Positions 12,474 to 22,520 of a stretch of DNA of 64,000 nucleotides are shown here, in pieces (positions within the stretch are counted from its first letter, which is position 1; each line of letters begins with the position of its first letter). The position numbers and the translations under genes are program-made. The notes under the pieces were generated by a model. The model ran no database searches and was not told where the DNA came from. It worked only from the letters and a program-made list of their open reading frames with translations. Source of the DNA: Basidiobolus meristosporus CBS 931.73 (Eukaryota; Fungi; Basidiobolomycota); assembly GCA_002104905.1 (NCBI GenBank), contig MCFE01000019.1, positions 1 through 64,000 on the forward strand, read 5' to 3'.

Positions 12474-14447
12474 CACCTAAATACTCATCTAACTTGGTCA
12501 CTTGGATTGTTACCTACAAATCTTCAAGAATCCGCATCAACCACTTAGTTGGGATTGGCTTGGAATATTCTTGCCAAAACATTACATACCCAGAGCATGA
12601 AACATCTCAATGCTCTCAAAACAGCCCCAAACCTTGCACACATGCTATTAGGACCTTTCTAGCAATTCATCATATTTGTTTTGCCAAGACCATGTAAAAG
12701 TATAATGCTCCTTTTACATTCAATATATTATTGAGTGAAAACCATGTAATCTACTTGTTCTCCCAGTCACTTCAATAAGTGTAAGACTCCCAAAGCAAAT
12801 AAAAACAATGTAGCTTCACCAAGCAGTTGTCAAGATTTGTTATCCACCAAAATATTCATCTAACTTGGTTACTTGCATCATTACCTCCAAACTTTAGAGA
12901 ATACTGACCAAATTACCTGTTGCAATTTACTTAGAATATCTCCGTCAAAGCATTATATTCTGCATGATTATCTTGCCAAGACCATGTCAAAGTATAAAAA
13001 CACTTTTACATTCAGTAAATCACAAAGTGAGAACAATATAATCTATTTGTTCTCCCAGACCCTTTCAATATCTCCAAGACTCCAACAACATAATTTAGAT
13101 ATAGTGTATAATTATGTATGTTGTAAATGATGTAATATCTGGTCCACACCTAATTATATATATACCAGAAGGTTCTACCTAACCTATAGATAAACCATGA
13201 ATCATTTACCCAAGATGTAAATGTTAGGATACTGGCAAAATCCTATATTAAGTAAAGGCCTGAAAGTTATTGGTACTTCAAAGCTTGTGTATAAGCTCTC
13301 AAGCTTTTGATTGAACCACCTGATGTTTTAAGTGTTGTAATTACACCTAAGTATTCCCCCAGCTTAATCACTTATATCCTAACCTGCAGATCTTCAAGAA
13401 TTCTGACTAGACTCCCTCATGTGATTTGCTCAGAATATTATTACTAAAAAATCAGGTACCCAGAAAATGAGCTTTCTCAAGGCTGTCCAAATAGCTCCAA
13501 ACATTGCACATATTATCCTGGGGCCTTCCTTAGCATATTCTACATGATTGTTGTGCCAACACCATGTAAAAGTATAGATATTACTTGAAATTAATCATGT
13601 CATTAGTGATACCACAAAATTTACTTATTCTTCTAATCCCTGCTAGTATATCAAAAACCCTTACAGAGAATCTCAGAGCAATATATGGTCTGGAGGTTAT
13701 TGACACCTTGAAGTTTGTCCATGAGCTCCCAAGATTTTGCTACAACTATCTGGGACCTTTCTGAAAACACTGCTATTGTTGTATCTGCAAACCCCCTTGG
13801 AGTAAAACTCTGTATGAGCCAATAAAAAGTGAATATCAACCTATTTCTTGTTTCCTTAGCCACTTACAATACACACTAAAATCTTGCAGCAGCATTTTTT
13901 TTATCTTGACCTAGACATTGGCATTGTACAGATCAATTAACAATAGGCTGCATACATTACTATTTCCTACCTAAATTTCTGAAGGGGTCTTGCGGTGGTA
14001 TTTTTGCCAAAAAGTCTAACACTGAGCACATGAGAACTCTGAGAAGCTAACAAAGCCTCCTGAACTTGCACACATGGTTTTATCATCTTCTTTGACATAT
14101 TTGTTTTGCAAAGTTCTAATATGGTATAAAGAATTGTCAGGATATATTGGAAGTGATTGGGAAAGCAAATAGATTATGTGGATTTCACTCAATGATATAT
14201 TGAATGTTGAAGTAGTTTCTATCCCTTTACATGATCCTGGCAAACAAATACACAGAAAATGCTTAGGAAGGTCCCAAGTGCATGTGTGCAAAGTTTAGGG
14301 CTGTTTGGACAACTCAGAGACATATCATGTTCTGGGTATCTGATATTATGGTCAAAATATTCAAAGTCCCAACAAGGAATCTGGTCAGAATTCTCTAAGA
14401 TCTGTAGAGAATGGTCTAAGTGATCAAGTTAGGGGAATATTTTGGTG
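12474..14447. repeat. Cluster of decayed ~320-bp repeat modules: A 12474-12790, B 12845-13082 (internally deleted), C 13344-~13640, a faint copy at ~13690-13800, and D ~14130-14447 (inverted)
   Basis: Shared anchors include caccWaaatattc, tacccagaRcatga, tgtccaaacagc, ttgcacacatg, ggacctt, gccaagaccatgt and tctaYttgttctcc. D is the reverse complement. Confidence 0.85.
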
Positions 14448-15345
14448 TACTCACAAAATTTACAACACAAAGTACACATTCATATTAAACATGTCATTCA
14501 GCAAAAGCCCCTATTTATAAGTGGTTTACCATTTGCTTCCAGTATATCCAAAGCTCTCACAACATATATTGCACAGGTATCATGCTCAAACATGGTTCCT
14601 AATTGTCATTTCTGAGAATTTGTCAGTGCAATCCACAATAGCTTCCTGTTTGAAATCATCAGAACCCCCTATTATATCAATCAAGAATTCTTCTTAATAT
14701 TCGTACCAGGTTCAATATTGCATCATAATAGTATCCTACCCCATCACTAGCCAAGATCATCAGAATGCTTTTTTCCTGCGTAAAAGAGGTTTTATGTTGG
14801 GCATATGAAGAGGATTACTGAGGTTCGCATACCGCATCAATAATAATACACCCCAATATGGCCATTGGTGTAGTTCTTGGAAAGTGGCCAGACAAGTCCA
14901 AGTCAATTGTTGCTCATAGTGTTTAAGAGAGATTTTCAGCAAGCGATATTTGTTACAGATTGACTACATGATCTTAAACAGAAACTTGAAATATACTATT
15001 AATTGAATCATTGGGATTCTATTGTCCTGATAATGGTTTAGAATATGCATGTATGGATGTATGCTGTATTGATTAAAATTTGGTATGGTGAAAGCATTGA
15101 GCCGCATGTACATAGATATTCTTGCCAGGACTTAATGCAGCATATCATGATCAATACCGGTTCTGTGGATTGTAGAATATTTTGCAAGTTCTTGAAATCG
15201 TGCAAGCGTTGTTGAACAACCTTACACTACATATGACTAGCCATCTAACACAATCGAGTTCATCCGACCAACTTTAGTAAATTCGACTATCCACTAGTGA
15301 AATGCCTGGTCATATTGCAGGACTAATGGTGCTAAACAAAGCGCA

Positions 15346-15684
15346 ATGGGGTGTATGCAAATGAGAATGCTGCCTCAGCTAAAATGGAACATCGAACCAT
15401 ACAAAATATCTGAAAGGGCTACAAATCCATTTGTATCCCACATCGTTGCTGGCTTTAAAGTATTTGGATTGACTGAATGTATATCCTCGTGGCTATTCTA
15501 TGGGGTGCCACTGCACTTTCCGAAAATAAGGGGAAATCTGTACAATGCATTAATTCATGCCACACCGGGAAAATCACCGATTACGATGGGATTGTGTGAG
15601 ATTGTTTCTAATAAAGACACGATGGAATGGTTCAGGAAGCATCTAGATGTAAATCAATACGAATTCAAGCCTTTCGATAATTAG
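15346..15684 (+). CDS. Hypothetical ORF or isolated exon of unknown family
   Basis: 112-codon open frame with globular composition in a zone of normal CpG content, preceded by a possible acceptor (ttgcag at ~15320). No motif recognised. Confidence 0.25.
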   Translation: MGCMQMRMLPQLKWNIEPYKISERATNPFVSHIVAGFKVFGLTECISSWLFYGVPLHFPKIRGNLYNALIHATPGKSPITMGLCEIVSNKDTMEWFRKHLDVNQYEFKPFDN

Positions 15685-18600
15685 GATCGATTGATCCTAG
15701 CCAGTCTAAATGAACGTCATACACCACATTCACCCTGCCAGAGTATTTCGAGTGACAGCCTACGATAATGGCGGAATGCCCTATAAAGGCGACGTAAGTA
15801 AAACCGACTGTCACGAGAACCGAGCCGCACGTGATCTTCTGAATCAAAGATGAGCCACACACCTCTGCACCTACACTCCTACGTCCCATCTATCCAAGGC
15901 TACAAACAGATTTATGCAACTTGTTCTAGCTTCGTGTGATCTGATCTTGAATCGAATATCGTATCGAGCAGCCCATGTTCCCCAGGACCCATCATTGAAT
16001 TACTTCATGATGCACCAGCATGCTCATGCTATCTGTAGGAGATTACGCTTGAGCACCTTTGTTGTCAAAGGGAGCCTGGGTGGTTTATTCTCATTTGGAG
16101 AGCTAGCTGTACAATCATGATTACGTTACGATCACAATCATGCTGTCCAGATATTGAGGCAATAGGAATGCTTCCTACTAAGCCGGGATCGGGATGGGAT
16201 GGCTCTTCTGAAGGCTCAGCGGATCAGGGCTGGTGCTTTCAGACATCAAGCCTAAGAATCCTACAATGTACAGACATGACTTATGGATGATCGCTCCCAC
16301 TGAATCCAAGCTCCTGAGAGGAACGCTATTTAATATAACCCACGGTGGGACCAACGACGATCAGTATAGTTGGATCAGACCGGAATAATAGGCCTATTCC
16401 AACCCAAGCGTGCCGGTTCAAAGACAAACGGTTCAGGGATAATCCGTCTGACACTGGCGAGCAATCTTGATGATTCCAAAGCTCATGGCATTATGGGTCG
16501 TAATGATCACTGTTTGACTTGTGTGGATTACTGGTATACCCCTGGGTCAATGTTGGAATTCACACCTCATGCGCTAGCTACCTGCATTCATGGATTGTGA
16601 ATATATGTGACTCAGATGTAATCTCACATGTCTTCCACCCCATATCCATGCTCTCATCCAAGAAATGCATGAAACCGCTATTCCATGGCTCAATCCAATG
16701 CCAATCCCAACCACGGAGAGGTATATAAGATGCTGGTTGAGCTGTCAGCCACAGCATCTCTTCCCTAAGTTCAATTACCGCTAACATGGAATTTACCTAC
16801 ACATTATTGGCCGTATCTGTAATTCTGAGTCTACTGCACACTTCGGTGCTTCCATTGACCAAGGTCCTATCTCTTCCTGGTAGGTGGTTACCTTCCATTC
16901 GCTCAACCGCGCTGTTGAAGTCACCAAGATATCAAAAGATTGGCTATCAGTATGGGGTGGGCTTTTAGGTGACTTGTTGGGAGTCCATCATTTTCCTGGC
17001 GAAAACTGTGAAACCCCATTGAAGTGCGCAGCGCCATTTCTGCTCCAAAAACCATCTCTCTGTTTAACGTTCCAGATTTACTTTCGACGCTCTTGTACTA
17101 CATTTCATCTGGAGTAGATGATATACGCTGATTAGAACATCAATAAAGATTTTACTCTACATCGATAGCCACTGATTGTCATGCGTGCTGAACGTTGGTC
17201 TCTACGAGGCTGCAACCCCCCCCCGATTTATCCTTCCTCACGACTCCAGAACTGGAGGCGAAAAAATACCATTCTCTCCGACATGTCAATGATGGTCTGT
17301 TTGTGTTTCTGAGTTGGTAGAAGCACTTGGCGGGGAACGAAACGAAGAAGCGGAGTGCAGAGTGTGGGAGCAGCTTATCGCAGTGGTGATGCGCCCCGGT
17401 GTTGGCGGGCAGAAACCTAGGGATCCTGTGGTTATGTCATCAGCGCCACACTGATTATCAGGTTATTGATGCTGGGCCAAATTTCAGCACAATCAACAGC
17501 CGATTAGGTCGCCAGCGAGAAATGTGAAATCCTTCCCTTGGGTCCCTGAAACCGGGCCGCCCGATGGAGGCTTCGCGGTAAAAACCAGAGTCCTGGCAGC
17601 ATCTAGAAACCATGTATCCCATACAAGGTGAGGATGGCGCAGCTTGTACACTCACTCTCTAGGAATATTATATGGCCTCCGTTTTACTTCTGATACCACA
17701 GCCTACTACGGCTAGGCCTCCTTGCTCATTGATTCCCAAGGCAAATGGTCAGGTGATAACCCGCAGACATCACCATTGTACAAGGGTTAATCGGCAGAAA
17801 AGTCTTGCAGCAATGCCAACCATCGTCTAGCTGGTAGATGCATATGGCCATTGCTGCAAATGGGCGGCGCGACCTTCCGTTCACATCAGGTTTGAGAAAA
17901 CCAACCTAATCTCTTGCCATAGCCGTAATCACGTGAGAGTAGGGATATGAAACAACCATTTCTCCTTAGGAAGATCGCGTCGAAATCTCCATCCCGGTTT
18001 GCACGAATTCAGCCATATTTGCTTAGCCACTGAAGGCTTTTGGGACTGTTCAGGAGATCGAACTGGGTTGAGTACAGGTTGATAGGTCGCCACAATCAGG
18101 TACGCGACTTGCTAGATCTTGAACCCCAGATCGCAAACTGGAAATCGGTATCAGTTTCCTAGCCCCTGAAGTGCTGATCATGTTCTTCAACGCTGCATCA
18201 TGCATCATGATGTATGAAAGGTGCATTAACCTAAACTTCAGACCAGATGAATCCTGCAAACAAGTTACTCTTATTATAGATCAAGAGGCGCTCTGATATG
18301 CAATGAACGGTGACAAAGTATTGAGGATTACTTTGAATGAGCATCCCTATGCTCCATACCCTACCGGCATATCTGTCTCACTACCCACTCACGTGCATTG
18401 TCAAGTGCTTGAGCTGTCGCGGCTTTACGTGTGGTGGGTATTCAGGGCGGACAGGTGTTCAGACATGCTGCACACATGGTGATTCTCATTTCGCCTGGTT
18501 TGGAATACGGTGGCTATTGTGACAAGAAACGTGGTGGATGATATCGTGCTGAATGAATGCAAAACCTATCTTAATTGCTCTTGCTGAAATCGATTACCTT

Positions 18601-18999
18601 GTCAATACTTTTGGCATCCATTTGTAATGTTTGATGGGCTTTGCTGAGTGGATCTTGAGTCGGGGGTTACCCCGCTGCATCTTGGAGGTGGCTACACCTC
18701 ACCACTCTGAAGCCAGCAACAACTCGGATTATTGCTTGGCTGCTGAGCTCTTTCTTACCCATACAGAAGTGCCAATGGTAACGGGGATCCGCAAAACATT
18801 GTCTCAGGAAACATTTTGGGGCAATTGTAGGAAATCTCTGAAGTATTGGATGCAAAATAGCACGTTGTTTGCGAAATCAATCAAATGGAAAATTTGGCAC
18901 TCTTTGTATTTAGGGGACGGTGGATTTACCAAGCTAACTGAGCTTGAGGTTGCTAGTTGTATGTTGCCCAAAAGCCTCATCATCCAACTGGTCTTTGAA

Positions 19000-20050
19000 T
19001 CCCACCAACTTTAGAGCTCTGGCTAAATCATGTATGTAATCTAATTAAATCTTCACTTCTTCCAAAATGCCAAACAATGCACAAATCTTTTCACAATCTC
19101 CTTCAATACATTTTTGAAAGTATTGGTGCTCTATGATCACTTGTGGGCCAATGGTTGTGAGAGTCTTGGAGTTATTGGAAGCTGTTGACCAAATGTGTAA
19201 TTTTTTGGCTTTTTTTAATAACTTACTCAAAGTATATGTGCTATTTGCACATTTAACAGCAATAATATCAATTTTACCCACAAAAGCTGGCTTTCTTGCT
19301 GGTGGCTGGTGAATCTCTAATGCATATAATAATATGCATTCTGACATGTCAGCTGTTTGCAAGTATTCCACTAAATACCATCCAAAACTATCTCATAATA
19401 AATACAGATAGCTGTCCAGGTTGGACTCTGTTTTAGGCCCAGATATCAGTGAGAATACCATCAGAATTCTGCTTGGATACTGTAAGAATAGGGGCAGAGT
19501 CAGGTTGATGGGAATTGGTGGCCAGCAAGACTTACTGGTGGACTACCTGTTTAATGAGAATCCATCAAATGCCAAGGCAATGGCATTGCCATACATACCT
19601 TCAAAGTAGCCCTGGCTTCTTAGTTGTTTGTAACACTTGCCAGCAAATATATTGGAAGTGTTTGTGCCTGATCAATACAGAGTGTTATACTTCATAACTT
19701 CAGAATATCTGCTGGGCTGCATGAGCTTCTTTAAATAAGGTATTACTTGAAATATCTGGAGTGTGAACAATACCTTCCTGCTATGATGATGAGTTGTGAC
19801 TAGTTGAGCACCTTGTTGTGGTTGCTACATCTAATGTGGATGCCATGTAACTGCTAAAACATGCTGGTATTATGATGGTCTCTGCATATATGTTGCCAGC
19901 TGTATCATGGTTATCCATTTGTGTCATGCACATGGTGAGATATATCCTGGAATGATTTTGGCCAGACATAGTGGTATATTGTCAAAGCCCCTATTAGTGA
20001 TATTAGTGGAAACACACCACTTCTCTAGCTATGACATCACATCTTTCACC
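19000..20050 (-). mobile_element. Fossil CACTA/EnSpm (Transposase_21/Tnp2-like) DNA transposase with stops and frameshifts
   Basis: Minus-strand translation through stops gives FQVIPYLKKLM...NIFAGKCYKQLRSQGYF...IALAFDGF...SCWPPIPINLTLP...LISGPKTESNLDSYL. After a frameshift it reads ICIRDSPATSKKASFCG*N*YYCC*MC. These match, in order, the CACTA motifs IPRLKRL, DIFDG..YK, LSTDGF, SxWPxxxxNxNLPP, IPGPxxPxxxDxYL and DxPA..K..G..GH....CxxC. Confidence 0.72.
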
Positions 20051-20596
20051 AGTATATGGACTACTGGGCTCACTTGGCTCCATAAAGTATCCTTGGCATT
20101 ATTTCCCATTGGTGTTGTCTCATTGCATATTGCAATTTTGCTGGTCTCATGCAGGGTACTATTGTGAGGGGAGATAGGCCTACAATCCACAAGTGAGCCT
20201 TCTCCTTTGGAGCTATCACTGTGTGTGCCATATTCAGAAGGCTGAGGTGAGACAAAAGGCATCACAAACTTACCTGACTCAGTTTGTGCAAGGTGGCAAA
20301 TGCAGCTAGGTGCTGTTATAGATGTATCAAGTAGTTGGGAATAAATGGTTAGAACAGTAATGACTGATGACTGCTCAGATATGACTTGTGTGGCAAAACA
20401 CTAGCCATGATCCTTGTAGTATTTCCTATGCTGTCTGTGTGCTTCATGGCTCAGAAGCTTGGTTCAATAGCCACATGGTCTTTTATCTCTTCTCCTCCAG
20501 AGTTGAATCAAAGTATTCTTGTCCATGGGGCAAACAGCTGAACACTCAACAATGTAACACTATTTTGTCTTATTTTTGTTGTAAAAATTTATAATT

Positions 20597-20917
20597 CCTC
20601 CTAAATATTCACCTAACTTAGCCACTAGATTAGTACCTACAAATCTCAGAAAATCTTGACCAAATTCCTGGTTGGGATTTACTTGGAATATTTTCTCCTA
20701 ATCATCAGGTACCCAGAACATGAAAATTAGATAAGCTGTCCAAACAGCCTCCAGCTTTGCACACATGCTCTTGGGACCTTCCTAAACCTATTCTATGTGT
20801 TTATTATGCCAAGACCATTTAAAAGAATAAATACTACTTTTGCATTCAATCAGTCAATAAGTGAAAGCCACATAATGTACTTGTTCTCCTAATCACTTCC
20901 AATATCTCCAAGACTCT
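20597..20917. repeat. Distal copy (E) of the ~320-bp repeat module
   Basis: Contains ggtacccagaacatgaa, gctgtccaaacagc, tttgcacacatgctcttgggaccttcct, gccaagaccat and tacttgttctcc, collinear with copies A, C and D. Confidence 0.85.
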
Positions 20918-21412
20918 TACAAAAGAGTGCACCCCTTCTGAAAAACCTCATACTTGGACTTCGCATGAAGTTTTGCTGGTATTCAGCTGGTATTTTACTT
21001 CAATTTTTTAGTTGTCAATGTTTGTGGAAGTGGTGAGTAGTTTATTGCCAGATTTGGCATGAATAAACTTTAGCCTAGTCTCCTCCTAGACAATATGTCT
21101 TGTTTGCAAAATTTTTATAATCTAAGATGTTGAAAGTTATCAGTTTAGGCAAACTTGGAATTCTGCTGGCCTATTGTTGATTTTTTTATAGGGTGCTTGG
21201 ATGTTCTTACAATACAAATCATACGACAGAATGAACCATTCTGTTTGCTTTAATACATGCTACTATTTATAAGTATAATGACACCTCTACGGATATATAT
21301 TTAACTCTGGTCTATGTTTATTGCGGTTACTACAAGTGAGATTGAATCGGGGTAACTTTCAAAGTTACCCAACATTACAAATCGCTTGATAATCCGAGTG
21401 CTTGTAGAGAGA

Positions 21413-22520
21413 TTACGCCATACCATTGCTTTTTAGCCTCTCATTTAATTGCTTGATTCTTGGGGATCTTCTCAGAGGCGGAAATCCCACTGGGGATACT
21501 TGCTGGGCGATTTCAGCTGTTTTTTTAGACTTGGCTTCTAGTGGAGAATACAAAGGAGGATCATAAGCCCCTTGGCTGCGAGGTGTTATAGGAGAGATGG
21601 AAACATCGGTAAATGGAGAAGCAGGGGATTCGCCATTTCTATTATTTGAGTGCACTTCATTGGGTGGGGTTTCATTGATCTGGGTAGTATCAGCATCTGT
21701 GCCCGGTATGCGCTCTGGAGTAGGAGAGTCAAGAGACTGGTGAGATTTCTTATCAGTCTTCGTAGGGCGCTGTGGGTTGAAATTGGCCCAGTCAAATTGC
21801 TTATGTTGAACATGATCCGGCCAAGGAGCCTGCATCGATTCCAAGTCATTGATATCATCCCAATGGAGCACAATGTCGCCTTGCTCAGCCAAAGGGATGG
21901 CATTTTTGGTCCACTTGTCAAGATGCAATATAGCGCACACTGCATAAGCCAAAAACATCTTTCGCGGTAATTTGGCACAAGAAATCTTAACGAATTTTTC
22001 CTTGTAGATATTAGCTGGTTTAGCATTTGGGAATATTGATCTAGGAAAGATAATGCTCTTCGAGCGGTTTTTCAACCGACGTCGACGTCGACCTGGTCCC
22101 TTGCTCGAGCGTGACTGAGACCATGTTCTGGGCGGGTGCTTCACTCTCCATTCGAGCTGTAGGCCGCATTTCTTAGAATTGAATCCAGTTATCACCAGGA
22201 ATGGCTTCCAGAGCCGACCTGCAGGAGTCGTGAAAAATGAGGATCAGGTCTGAACATGTCTCCAATACCGTCAAACGAGAATTACCTTCTGTAGCCCTTG
22301 CTCCCCCTACGATCTCTCGGTTGTGCTTTCGTAGTCTTTTTCGGAGATCCACAGTAAACCCGACATAGGTTCTTGTGGTCCCTGTCAAATTTTCCAGGAT
22401 GTATACGCACAACATGCCTGCTGTCAGGATTGTTCGCCTTTTGGAATCCCATTTATATAACGATGCATCTTGGGGGTGATTTTCTTCATGCTGCGCCACC
22501 TGACCTTGCAATCGAGCCAT
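21413..22520 (-). CDS. SLX1-type GIY-YIG endonuclease with a disordered C-terminal tail and no RING/PHD finger
   Basis: CVYILEN...TYVGFTVDLRKRLRKHNREIVGGARAT. A 67-nt GT..CAG intron (22285-22219) joins it to GRLWKPFLVITGFNSKKCGLQLEWRVKHP. A possible in-frame 84-nt first intron lies at 22504-22421. The start is uncertain (22520 or 22415). Confidence 0.8.

Noticed and set aside
12474-14447. Repeat cluster considered as a CRISPR-like array
   Set aside because: The units are ~320 bp, diverged, partly inverted and lack unique spacers. The context is eukaryotic and no cas genes are present.
14700-14800. MILASDGV, resembling a PP2C or Plavaka transposase motif
   Set aside because: It is isolated within eroded DNA, and the surrounding residues match neither family.
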